Positions 26,501 through 39,112 of a DNA stretch of 64,000 nt are shown piece by piece. The notes below the pieces were generated by a model. That model ran no database searches. It worked only from the letters and a program-made list of their open reading frames with translations, and was not told the origin of the DNA. A program made the translations under genes and the position numbers. This DNA comes from Octopus vulgaris (lineage: Eukaryota), in assembly GCA_951406725.2 (NCBI GenBank), contig OX597817.1, positions 9,734,001-9,798,000 on the forward strand, written 5' to 3'. Within the stretch, counting starts at the first letter, position 1. Each line of letters opens with the position of its first letter.

Positions 26501-26793
26501 ATTTTTTGGCTCAAAAAGCAAAAAAGCAAGGCCATGTAGGGGAACATGGAGTTATGTACAGGGTGGTGTTCATGTAAAGAGTTCAGGCCACTTGAGGTCA
26601 AGGGAGACTTTGAACCGAGCGGTCGTCGGCATCTTCACTATCTCGTCCGGCAGCTTATTCCACGGATCCGCAACCCGGACGGAGAAAGCCCCTCTCCTTC
26701 GATTGAGATGAAATCGTCGCAGATAGAGCTTTTCGGAATGACCCCGCAGCCGACGCTCTGGAGCAGGAGTGAAAAACAGCTCTTTCGAGAGGT
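26484..26793 (-). mobile_element. CR1-like LINE 3' fragment with (TAAC)n tail
   Basis: Reverse-complement match to about 34970-35280. Confidence 0.9.
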
Positions 26794-26794
26794 T

Positions 26795-27078
26795 ATCACC
26801 ATGATCACCGTGACCGACCAGGCTATCAGATGTTTCTATACATTGCTGGTCACAATGCGCTTCGCATTGTTTTAGCCTTCAAATGACGCCACCCCGCTGG
26901 CTAAGAGTGAGAGAAAGTTGTGCCGAAAGAGAACAGCAGGGATCGCCACCACCCCCTGCCAGAGCCTCGTGGAGCTTTAGGTGTTTTTGCTCAATGAACA
27001 CTCACAACGCCTGGTCTGGGAATCGAAACCGCCATCATACAACCGCGAGTCCGCTGCCCTAACAACTGGGCCATTGCG

Positions 27079-27082
<4 letters not shown>
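26795..27082 (-). mobile_element. SINE B head1/mid1 joined to a third tail (Z)
   Basis: Head and middle match 27508-27690; the 3' part (cttagccagcggggtggcgtc...) differs. Confidence 0.75.
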
Positions 27083-27135
<53 letters not shown>

Positions 27136-27142
27136 TACACAC

Positions 27143-27173
<31 letters not shown>

Positions 27174-27507
27174 AGGTGCAATGGACCAGTGGTTAGGGCA
27201 GCGGACTCGCGGTGGAACAACAGAGTGACTCGAGGGCCGAGACTTTCATGCGTTAGCACTTATCAAACTTGTTACAAATCGAGAGGTTATAAATTTATAT
27301 ACCGGTAATAATGGCATTTCCATGGATGGTACTGGAACAAATTATAAAAAACAATTACAGGCCACAATCGGAATACACAGGACCATAGTGTCGTACAATC
27401 TCAGAGTTAAAGTCGGTGAGTGATGATGCATTATTCCATGAGCATATTACTGAGAGGGTAATATGCTCATGGAATAATGCATCATCACTCATCAACTGAG
27501 AGAGTGT

Positions 27508-27893
27508 GGAGGCGCAATGGCCCAGTGGTTAGGGCAGCGGACTCGCGGTCATAGGATCGCGGTTTCGATTCCCAGACCGGGCGTTGTGAGTGTTTATTGA
27601 GCGAAAACATCTAAAGCTCCACGAGGCTTCGGCAGGGGATGGTGGTGATCCCTGCTGTACTCTTTCACCACAACTTTCTCTCACTCTTACTTCCTGTTTC
27701 TGTTGTACCTGTATTTCAAGGGCCGGCCTTGTTACTCTCTGTGTCACGCTGAATATCCCCGAGAACTACGTTAAGGGTACACGTGTCTGTGGAGTGCTCA
27801 GCCACTTGCACGTTAATTTCACGAGCAGGCGGTTCCGTTGATTCGGATCAACCGGGACCCTCGTTGTCGTAACCGACGGAGTGCTTCCACCAC
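27508..27893 (+). mobile_element. SINE B (head1/mid1, tail X)
   Basis: Near-identical to the 41269 and 53975 copies. actgagagggtaa is repeated at 27449-27461 and 27892-27904. Confidence 0.92.
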
Positions 27894-28289
27894 TGAGAGG
27901 GTAACATTGTGCAAGCAAGTAGCTGGATGGGTTATTAGATCATTCAAAACCAGGAGAAAGGATACTAGGCTATTCCTATGGAGAACGTTCCTTCTCAATT
28001 ATCTGGATCGTAACTCTCAGCTGTTGTTGCCGCAGAGCGTCAAACTGGTGGCGGAATTGAGGCATTCTAGCGCCAATACACGAAAAAGATTGGGTCGGGG
28101 AATCAGACGAGCTACTGGGAGAGACTAAAAGAACAGAAGCTCGACTTCCTAGAGAAAAGTTGCGAAAGATATGCAGTAATATACATATGGAAGATTCTGG
28201 AATGTCTAGCTCCCAACTTTAGAACTGAAAGCTACACCACTTCTTCATCTGGAATAAAAAAAACCCAGTACTGAAGGGACCGCGGCTCT

Positions 28290-29050
28290 TTTTTACTCTT
28301 CCTTTTAGTTGTTTCAGTCATTTGACTGCGGCCATACTGGAGCACCGCCTTTAGTCGAATAAATTGACCCCAGGACTTATTCTTTCTAAGCCTAGTACTT
28401 ATTCTATCGGTCTGTTTTGCCGAACCGTTAAGTTACGGGGACATAACACACCAGCATCGGTTGTCAAGCGATGTGGGGGGGACAAACAAAGACACCTAAA
28501 CATACACACACACACATACTTTCAGTATCCGTCTGTCAAATCCACTCACAAGGCGTTGGTCGGCCCGAGGCTATAGTAGAAAACACTTGTCCAACGTGCG
28601 ACGCAATGGGAATGAACCCGGAAACATGTGGTTGGTAAGCAAGCTACTTACCACACAGCCACTCCTGCGCCTACTCTTTTACTCTATTATTTGTTTCAGT
28701 CATTTGACTGCGGCCATGCTGGAGCACCGCTTTTTGTCGAGCAAATCGACCCCGGGACTTATTCCTTGTAAGCCCAGTACTTATTCTATCGGTCCCTTTT
28801 GCCGAACCGCTAAGTGACGTAAACACACCAGCATCGGTTGTCAAGCAATGCTAGGGGGACAAACACAGACACACAAACATATATACGACAGGCTTCTTTC
28901 AGTATCCGTCTGTCAAATCCACTCACAAGGCATTGGTCGGCCCGAGGCTATAGTAGAAAACACTTGCCCAAGGTGTGACGCAGTGGGACTGAACCCGGAA
29001 CCATGTGGTTGGTAAGCAAGCTACTTACCACACAGCCGCTCCTGCGCCTA
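28290..29050 (-). mobile_element. Two head-to-tail SINE A copies
   Basis: Two full family matches with a junction near 28672. Confidence 0.9.
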
Positions 29051-29337
29051 TTCAACATTCTACCAAACAACTTCAGAGATTTGCGAGGCGCATATGTGAA
29101 GGTTTTCAAAGTGTGTCTGAACAAATTTTTATTTCAGATACTTGATGAACACTTTTAGCGGCAGAAGGCACAAAGAAGAAAAGCTCCATCACCATTGCTA
29201 TTTCACCAAAGACAACTGTACAGAAAAGAAAACCCCAAAACACTGAAAGGTGGAGCTCCGGTGTGCATTCAGCCTCTGGCTGAAACCAGTAAAAGAGAAA
29301 AGAAAGGTTACTGCTGTACATTGTATATCTCAATACC

Positions 29338-29570
29338 TATTTCTTTACTGCCCACAAGGGGCTAAACACAGAGAGGACAAACACGGACAGAATAAACGGA
29401 TTCAGTCGATTATATCGACCCCAGTGCGTAACTGGTACTTATTTTATCGACCCCGAAAGGATGAAAGGCAAAGTCGACCTCGGCGGAATTTGAACTCAGA
29501 ACGTAGCGGCAGACGAAATACCGCTAAGCATCTCGCCCGGCGTGCTAACGATTCTGCCAGCTCGCCGCCT
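29338..29570 (-). mobile_element. SINE C, full length
   Basis: Head ggcggcgagctggcagaatcgttagc; flanked by tatatct(c/t)aatacctat. Confidence 0.9.
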
Positions 29571-29589
29571 TATATATCTTAATACCTAT

Positions 29590-29828
29590 GCACTCCGCCG
29601 GTTACGACGATGACGGTTCCAATTGATCCGATCAACGGAGTTGCCTGCTCTTGAAATTAACGTGCAAGTGGCTGAGTACTCCGCAAACAAGTGTACCATT
29701 AATATAGTTCTCAGGAGGACTTAGCGTGATACAAGTATGACAAGGCTGGCCCCTTTGAAATACAGATACCAGTCATTTTTGCCAGCTGAGTGCACTGGAG
29801 CTACCTGAAATAAAGTATCTTACTTAAA
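29590..29828 (-). mobile_element. SINE B variant (mid2, tail X), interrupted by SINE A
   Basis: cactcagctggcaaaaatga followed by tail X ending gtaaccggcggagtgc; resumes near 30300. Confidence 0.75.
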
Positions 29829-29993
29829 GGCGCAGGAGTGGCTGTGTGGTTAGTAGCTTGCTAACCAACCACATGGTTCCGGGTTCAGTCCCACTGCGTG
29901 GCATCTTGGGCAAGTGTCTTCTGCTATAGCCCCGGGCCGACCAATGCCTTGTGAGTGGATTTGGTAGACGGAAACTGAAAGAAGCCTGTCGTA

Positions 29994-30074
<81 letters not shown>

Positions 30075-30298
30075 ATGTGTTTGTGTGTCTGTGTTTGTCC
30101 CCCTAGCATTGCTTGACAACCGATGCTGATGTGTTTACGTTCCCGTCACTTAGCGGTTCGGCAAAAGAGACCCTTAGAATAAGTACTGGGCTTACAATAA
30201 ATAAGTCCCAGGGTCGATTCGCTCGACTAAAGGCGGTGCCCCAGCATGGCCGCAGTCAAAATGACTGAAACAAGTAAAAGAGAGAGAGAGAGTAAAAG
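29829..30298 (+). mobile_element. SINE A
   Basis: Full family match with an expanded internal (TA)n. Confidence 0.92.
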
Positions 30299-30560
30299 AA
30301 AGACACAACGCATCGTCGGGAATTGAATATGTATATGCATGCATATTAGCAAGTCAGGAAATCTCTAGAAGAGATGAGAGTAGTAACTACCCAATGATGT
30401 AATGTTTATCGTCACTTCAACATGGCTATTTCGTACGAACCACCTTTACTACTATTTTAACCCCTAGGAGGACACCTCCCCCAGCTTGTTAGTCGATGTA
30501 ATCTGCACCCGATATATATTGCAAGCAGGGAAGTAAACACCTATCTTTCGACGACGGGAT

Positions 30561-30607
30561 CACCAAACAGTACGGTTTCGAGCTATTTGCGCTCATCCTC
30601 AGTGGTG
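30561..30607 (-). ncRNA. Minimal type-I hammerhead motif, canonical C3-G8 core
   Basis: cacca-CTGAGGA-t-gagc(gcaaata)gctc-GAA-A(ccgtactg)T-t-tggtg, within a short repeat abutting (TA)n. Confidence 0.72.
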
Positions 30608-30660
30608 GATATTTGTTCGCTAGAAATAGTAGTTCGCTCAGCTCGCAATATATATATATA

Positions 30661-31056
30661 CTAGCAGTATCGCCCGGCGTTGCTCGGGTTTGTAAGGGAA
30701 ATAACTATATAAGCATTTTTAGAGAGTTATAGCCAAAAAATAGCAAAAAAATGCATTAAAAATGGGAAAAAAGGATGGTAAAATTTTTTAAATCGTTGAC
30801 TCATCGTAGACATTTTTAGAGAGTTACTTCCCTTATATAATAGCGAAAAAATGCATTAAAATGGAAAAAAATTATGGTAAATTTTTTTTAATCGTAGACT
30901 CATCGTAGACGCGCGCTAATACCCAGAAGGGCTCGATATGAATCACGACTATAAGATACCCGGTTTTGGTTAAACTGCACCGCAAAATGTGGGAGTAGTT
31001 AGGAATCTAAATCGTAGGAGACAGACAGCACACAACCTCTCTTTTATATATAAAGA
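30661..31056 (-). mobile_element. Non-autonomous Helitron with internal tandem duplication
   Basis: Same TC, hairpin and CTAG ends as 4429-4730; the catttttagagagtta...actcatcgtag block is duplicated. Confidence 0.85.
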
Positions 31057-31584
31057 TATATATAAAAAATAAGTGACAACAAGTAACTGATCTTACAACA
31101 AGCAAAGTAGATAGTTCAAAGATGTCTATAAGATATGAAAGCCGTAACTATACTGAGAAGTAATGTTTCTCACCACTTCAACATGGACGTTACGTAGGAA
31201 CCGACAACATGAAATACGAAAGTAAATTAGTTCAATACGCAAACAACGAGAGAAACAAATGGAAAACAGGACAAGTAACATAAAGAACGACCCTTCATCA
31301 GTTGTCGGCTGTCTATCTACTCCCCATTTCGAGCATTGAACGACAATAGCAGTCTTCGGAAACAGTTGGTCCCATAATAACCAAAATAAAATCTGGGATT
31401 TATGGAGGGTCAAAGTTGGGAACGAAAACAGGACAGCGGATACATACAAGGAAACCGAACGAAAACAAACATGGAGGGTCGTTAGGCCAGAGTCAGGGTA
31501 AAATAGCGAACGCTAGAGATATTTTTTCTTTGACAAGAGAAAAGATACAAGAGAGAGATAGGATACGTGCTGTCCTTAAGACAG

Positions 31585-31657
<73 letters not shown>

Positions 31658-31664
31658 CAACAAT

Positions 31665-31868
31665 ATGCAGCACGGATTTTTGTCAGTGAACAGGTCGCGG
31701 TCTTAAAGCGATGAAAATATTTTGACAAAGTAAACTTAAAAGTTGAAGTGAATCGAACGGCTTTTGTGTGTTTCTTAAATGGCTTACAAATACCTTCCAC
31801 GCTGCAATTGTTTTCGTTCCAGCACACGATCTCAGATCAAATCACTTGCTATGCAAATACATCTCCAA
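31665..31868 (+). mobile_element. Monomer of the Penelope-like repeat carrying the G3-C8 hammerhead (31679-31729)
   Basis: Matches the 25486-25822 arms; lies between (TA)n tracts. Confidence 0.8.
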
Positions 31869-32399
31869 TATATATATATATTTATATATATAGATGAGTG
31901 TATTTTATCTTGTTAACAATTAACACGGAAAAATAAATAAATAGTTACCAGGGCAGCAAAAATCTCACAAGTAAAGATATTGTAACTCCTTGTTTATATA
32001 TATATATATGCATATATATGAACCGCGTTTGTTTGTGTGTGTGTGTGCGTGCGCGTATCTATCTATATATATAGAGAGAGTTATATAAAGGGTGGAGATT
32101 GAACTGTTGAATGATAAGCGAAAAAGTTTGGTAGGGAAATATGTGTATCTGTGTATATGTGAGAGAGAGAGAGAGAGAAAGCGACCATAATTATAAATAA
32201 CATATAAATGCTGTCGTATATATTATACTGCTGAACGACTAAGACAATGTATGTATATACTAAATTGTTTAAGTTCGCGCTTATTACTTAGCGTTAATGA
32301 TTCAATGAGATCTTGGTAACACACTGCGCACCGGGCACCAGCCATATTCTTCTCAAAATACCACGCTGACAAGATCTCGAGTCTGGAGATGCAATGACT

Positions 32400-32419
32400 T
32401 GACGTCATTATTGACGTCA
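32400..32419. promoter_or_regulatory. Two perfect CRE palindromes (TGACGTCA) 4 bp apart
   Basis: tgacgtca-ttat-tgacgtca in single-copy sequence. Confidence 0.4.
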
Positions 32420-32536
32420 CTCTCGTTTCCAACATAATCATAAGATGGATCTGTACGGTTTCGCCAGACATTTCTTGCGTGTTACTATCACCTAACCTCT
32501 ATCGTCCACAGTATAACTAAATCACCTAAAACAGAT

Positions 32537-32642
32537 TCTTCTTCTTCTTCTTCTTCTTCTTCTTCTTCTTCTTCTTCTTCTTCTTCTTCTTCTTCTTCTT
32601 CTTCTTCTTCTTCTTCTTCTTCTTCTTCTTCTTCTTCTTCTC

Positions 32643-32692
<50 letters not shown>

Positions 32693-32705
32693 TTCTTCTT
32701 CTTCT

Positions 32706-32752
<47 letters not shown>

Positions 32753-32777
32753 TTCTTCTTCTTCTTCCTCCTCTTCT

Positions 32778-32824
<47 letters not shown>

Positions 32825-33052
32825 TTCTTCTTCTTCTTCTTCATTACCACCACAACCACATCTTCGTCACCACCACAACCACCGCCACCAACACCACCAC
32901 CACCAGCACCAGCACCAGCACCACCAGCACCACCAGCACCACCAGCACCACATCAACAATAACAACAACAACAAAAACAATTCCATCCACTTCATCCTCC
33001 TCATTCTTCCTCTTCCTCTACATTATTATCATTATTATTATTATTATTATTA

Positions 33053-33125
<73 letters not shown>

Positions 33126-33161
33126 CATTATTATTATTATTATTGCTGTTATTATTATTAT
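32537..33161. repeat. Compound triplet array (TTC)n, (CAC/CAG)n, (ATT)n
   Basis: Read directly; about 300 bp of pure pyrimidine on the plus strand. Confidence 0.98.
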
Positions 33162-33519
33162 TCAGGCGGCAAGCTGGCAGATTTGTTAGCACGCCGGGAA
33201 AATGCCTAGCAGCATTTTGACTTGTCTGCACGTTCTGAGTTCAAATTCCGTCGATGTCGACTTAGCATTTCATCCATTCGGGGTAGATATGATAAGTAAC
33301 ACTTGAGAAGTAGAGCACTGGTGGCAATGTAATCGACATCTTCTCGATGTTGCTGGCTTTGCGACAAAATTAGAAACATTTTTTTTTTCTTATCATCGGC
33401 AGGGCTTCATGCAAAATGTGGAGTGGTATTAGTTTCGGATCTTTACGCCCTGTGTTCAAAATCGACTAAAGTCAACCTGCCTTTCATCATTTCAGATTTT
33501 ATAAAATAAGATATCAATC

Positions 33520-33920
33520 AGGATGTGGCTGTGTGGTAAGTGGCTTGCTGCCCAATCACATGGTTCCGGGTTCAGTCCCACTGCGTGGCACCTTGGGCAA
33601 GTGTCTTCTACTATAGCCTCGGGCCGACCAAAGCCTTGTGAGTGGATTCGGTAGACGGAAACTGAAAGAAGCCCGTCGTATATATGTATATATATATATG
33701 TGTGTGTGCGTGTATGTTTGTGTGCGTGTTTGTCCGCCTGGCATTGCTTGACAACCGATGCTGGTGTTACTTAGCGGTTCGGCAAAAGAAACCGATAGAA
33801 TAAGTACTGGGTTTACAAAGAATAAATCCCGGGGTCGAGTTGCTCGACTAAAGGCGGTACTCCAGCATGGCCGCAGTCAACTGACTGAAACAAGTAAAAG
33901 AGTAAAAGAGAGAGAGAGAG
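33520..33920 (+). mobile_element. SINE A
   Basis: Family match. Confidence 0.9.
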
Positions 33921-34200
33921 AGTCAAGTCGTCATGTCGATAATATCTACTTACCTCACGACTCAAAACTACTGATCATGTATCTTAATTTGTAACAATTA
34001 TTATTTTGTCCGTTACGTGCAGAGGAAATGAACACGCAGTAGACCTGCGAATTGAACAATTTAGGATCTTTCACTGCTTAAGCTTCATTGCTGGGTCTTT
34101 TGAAAGTATACCTAATCAATGTGTCAAAGTTACAAATAATCAAGACAAGAAAATACACAAGTCGTTTAAATAGGCAGCAACATATTCTTTACTCTTTACT

Positions 34201-35280
34201 CTCGCAACATGTTGAATATCCGACAAGGCATCGGTCTGGGCAGCAGCCATCTATGCTAGATCTGGTATTCTCCCGCTATCCAAGATCAGTGTCAGACGTA
34301 TCTGTGTGCGCCCCTCTTGCCAAGAGTGATCATGCGGTCCTGAATTTCGTCATGCACACAACTTTTTCCACGCCCACGATTACTTCGCTGCCACGTAGAG
34401 TCTTCTCTGCAATTAATCTTGAAATTCTAACCGAGGCTTCCGCGCTTCTGGACTGGCGTTCCCTGATGACGTTGTCCTCAGTTGACGAACTATGGTCATC
34501 CCTCAAAGCATATGTAATCTGTTTGACTGACCAGGCAGTTCCCGTTGGACTTCCCAAGAGGAAGAAACACAAGCCCTGGGTGACGAAGAAGGTTAAACGA
34601 GAACGTCGACTCAGAGATATTGCTTGGGCTGAATTCAAAAATCTGGTGCGTCCATGCTGCCAACAAAGCGCGCGGAATTCTGTTTTTGATTCGACGGTCA
34701 TTCGGAATGCTCACAGCAGCCATATTCCTGCCACTCTATGTCACGCTGGTGAGACCCATATTGGAGTATGGGATTCAAGCCTCTTCTCCTTATCTCCTCA
34801 AAGACATACAGCACCTCGAAAGAGTCCAGAGGCTGGCTACCCGCATGGTTCATGGTCTCAAAAATTTGTCCTACGAAGAAAGGCTGAGGACGCTCGACCT
34901 TTATTCTCTTGAAAAACGCCGCCGCCGTGGTGATCTCATTCTCGCCCACAACGTCATAAGCGGGAAGTGTAACCTCTCGAAAGAGCTGTTCTTCACTCCT
35001 GCTCCGGAGCGTCGGCTGCGGGGTCATTCCGAAAAGCTCTACCTGCGACGATTTCATCTCAATCGAAGAAGAGGAGCTTTCTCCGTCCGGGTTGCGGATC
35101 CGTGGAACAAGCTGCCAGACGAGATGGTGAAGATGCCGACGACCGCTTTGTTCAAAGCCTCCCTGGACCTCAAGTGGCCTGAACTCTTTACATGAATACC
35201 ACCCTGTACTTAACTCCATGTCCCCCTACATGGCCTTGCTATTTGCTTTTGAGCCAAATTAACTAACTAACTAACTAACT
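34201..35280 (+). mobile_element. CR1-like LINE with RT core deleted, inserted in the tail of a SINE A
   Basis: QHVEYPTR..MLDLVF..KSDHAVL..KPWVT joins directly to ANKARGILFLIRRSF..LVRPILEY..LERVQR..RRRRGDLI..WNKLP. (TAAC)n tail. Confidence 0.92.
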
Positions 35281-35668
35281 TGTTTTAGTCATTTGAATGT
35301 GGCCATGCTGCAGTACTACCTTTAGTCGAGCAAATCGACCCCGGGACTTATTCTTTGTAAGCCCAGTACTTATTCTATCGGTCTCTTTTGCCGAACCGCT
35401 AAGTGACGGGGATGTAAACACACCAGCATCGGTTGTCAAGCAATGCTAGGGGGACAAACACAGACACACAAACACACACATATATATATATATACATATA
35501 TACGACAGGCTTCTTTCAGTTTGCGTCTACCAAATCCACTCACAAGGCATTGGTCGGCCCGGGGCTATAGCAGAAGACACTTGCCCAAGATGCCACGCAG
35601 TGGGACTGAACCCGCATCTATGTGGTTGGTTAGCAAGCTACTTACCACACAGCCACTCCTGCGCCTAT
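35281..35668 (-). mobile_element. SINE A (its tail remnant is at about 34185-34200)
   Basis: Family match. Confidence 0.9.
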
Positions 35669-36029
35669 ACACCTTAAAACATATAAAATGTATGGAAGTT
35701 AGTAACGTTAGAAATCACGAATCACGTATAAACCAGATTAGGATGTTAAATCCATATATATATATATATATATGTAAATTTGAGAAAAAACATTACTTAT
35801 TACTTATTATATATTGTTTATTCATTTTTGTACTTTTTGTGATCTAGTTATTCGTTTTAAAATATATTTTATTTTTTATTTATGATTTGGTTTATGTCTA
35901 TCATTGTTTGAATTGCATAATAGTGGTTTCTCTCTAATTTATATATATTTATATTGTGAAAGTTGATTTAATACTAAATTGAATTTTTCCCTGTAAGTTT
36001 GGAGTTACAGTTTTAATACTACACCCACA

Positions 36030-36087
<58 letters not shown>

Positions 36088-36229
36088 TACATACACACGC
36101 ACATACAAAGATACACACATACATACACACACATATATACATTCATGCATGCATGCATACATACGTACATACACAAACATATGCACAAGCAAACAAACAA
36201 AACGAACATAGCTCCGATAATGGGCAGAG

Positions 36230-36605
<376 letters not shown>

Positions 36606-36660
36606 TATGCTTCAACACATGAATTCATATAATGAATCTTGGAAACTTAATACAAAGCAG

Positions 36661-36740
<80 letters not shown>

Positions 36741-36779
36741 GATTTACATGACACCAAAACCCTCATCACCAATTATCGC

Positions 36780-36859
36780 CACCACCACCACCACCACCAC
36801 CACCACCATCACCACAATCACCATATCCCCCACCACCACCACCACTACCATCACCATTG

Positions 36860-36948
<89 letters not shown>

Positions 36949-36958
36949 GCTGCTGCTT
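36780..36958. repeat. (ACC)n(ACT)n(AAT)n triplet array
   Basis: Read directly from the sequence. Confidence 0.95.
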
Positions 36959-37544
36959 CTGTTAATATTGCTTTAAATATTGGTCATGGCCAACAATAAA
37001 GGGGAACGGGTCAGTCGATTTCTCCACCCTAGTGCACAACTGGTACTGATTTTATCGATCCCGAAATTTCTTGTAACCAACATTTTGACACAAAAATACA
37101 GCGGTCAGCTGGCAGAATCATCAGAGCGGCCGGCAAAAATTCTTGAGGAATTTTGCTTGGCTTTAAAAATCCGCCGAAGTCGTCTTTGTGCTTCATCCCT
37201 TGGTGGTGATGGTGGTGGTGGTGGTGGTGATAATTATAATGAAAATGTAGATTATGATGATGATGATGATGACGACCGCAACAACGACTGTGAGGCTGAT
37301 GATAATGGCGGCGGTGGTGGTGGTGATGATGATGAAGATGAGGCGAGAGAAAGGATGTGAGTGTGTGTGGATGTGTGTGTTTTCACGTTTATATGTGTGC
37401 ATGTTTGTCTGAAAGAGACAGCCTGTATGTGTACAGCCTCTCTCTCTCTCTATGTATATATATATATACACATACATGTACACATACGTATGTACATATC
37501 TACATATACATATGTATATATATATATCTATGTATTTATATATA

Positions 37545-37618
<74 letters not shown>

Positions 37619-37636
37619 TACGCATGTATATATACA

Positions 37637-37985
37637 TGCGTGGCACCTTGGGCAAGTGTCTTCTACTATAGCCTCGGGCCGACCAAAGCCTTGTGAGTGG
37701 ATTTGGTAGACGGAAACTGAAAGAAGCCCGTCGTATATATGTATATATATATATGTGTGCGTGTATGTTTGTGTGTCTGTGTTTGTCCCCCTAGCATTGC
37801 TTGACAACCGATGCTGGTGTGTTTATGTCCCCGTCACTTGGCGGTTCGGCAAAAGAGACCAATAGAATAAATACTGGGCTTACAAAGAATAAGTCCCGGG
37901 GTCGAGTTGCTCGATTAAAGGTGGTGCTCCAGCGTGGCCGCAGTCAAATGACTGAAACAAGTAAAAGAGTAAAAGAGTAAAGAGT
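37637..37985 (+). mobile_element. 5'-truncated SINE A
   Basis: Family match starting at tgcgtggcaccttggg. Confidence 0.9.
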
Positions 37986-38113
37986 AATATACATACAAAC
38001 ATACATGCATACATACATACATACATACATACACACACACATACATACATACATACATACATACATACATACATACAAACATACATACATACATACATAC
38101 ATACATACATACA

Positions 38114-38171
<58 letters not shown>

Positions 38172-38502
38172 TATTTCGCATTTGAGTTGCTGCACTGTGT
38201 TCTGGTTGTTTTTGTTTCTGGATGTACCTGTGTGTATGTATGTATGTATGTATGTATGTATGTATGTATGTATGTATGTATGTATGTATGTATGTATGTA
38301 TGTATGTGTGTATGTATGTATGTATGTACAGATGTATATATGTGTGTCTCTAGTTTTGTTTCCTGCTTATATAATCACCACCAACTGCAGTGATAACAGT
38401 CTGTAGAAATTTCCTTACTAATGAGGCTCGGGATACACTTGTGCTTTGTTTCCCGAATCCAGTCTTGGTAAAAGCGTATGTATGCATCTACGTGTGTTTG
38501 CG

Positions 38503-38533
<31 letters not shown>

Positions 38534-39112
38534 TTCTGTCTATCTGGCTGTCTGTGTATGTATGTGTGTGTATATACGCGCACATTTGATGTGTGTGGAT
38601 GTGTAAAAATGATAAAAGAAAAATACGAAGAAAAAACTAAAAGTAAAATAAAAAGAATACAGACAAACAAGACGAAGAGGAAAAAGTTATAAAAATGCAA
38701 CAGAATTTTTTTTGGAAAAAACTTATTCATCAAAGAAGATAACCAAGAATTTCTATTACTTGAGATTTTACAGAGATTAGAATCGTTTAACGGTATTTAG
38801 TCTATGTTATTTCGGGTGATAAAGAGTTACATCTGGTCAGGTTAATAGGGTGCTGGCCTGCTAATGGAGGTTTCATCGCATCGGGAAAAATACTTAACTG
38901 TCAATAAGCAGTAAGACTTTAAATACTACAGAAGCACAGTTTACTGCTATAAATAGCGGAAGAAGTATACAACTGAGAAGTATGATGTTCTTGTCACTGG
39001 ATGTACATTGAAGGGTATGACAGATGAATCAGACTAAAAGGACCCCCGGAATGCTAGTGGTGCTTATTTTTATCGACCTTTGAGCAAAGTTAAACCTGAG
39101 GAGATGTCAAAT

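Larger units (their letters stand above)
27330..29308 (+). mobile_element. Older relative of the 18428-21215 LINE, split by one SINE B and two SINE A copies
   Basis: EYTGP, SDDALFHEHI, CKQVAGWVIRSFKTR...LWRTFLL, YAVIYIWKILE and FNILPNNFRDL appear in order, ending in ctgaaaccagtaaaagag. Confidence 0.8.

Noticed and set aside
27508-27580. tRNA-like sequence (also in other SINE heads)
   Set aside because: It runs into a SINE body with TSDs and is multicopy, so it is a SINE head rather than a tRNA gene.
31201-31335. CTGATGA on the minus strand near 31295-31301 with ccgacaa/ttgtcgg pairing
   Set aside because: No correctly placed stem II and GAAA could be built, so it is not called a hammerhead.
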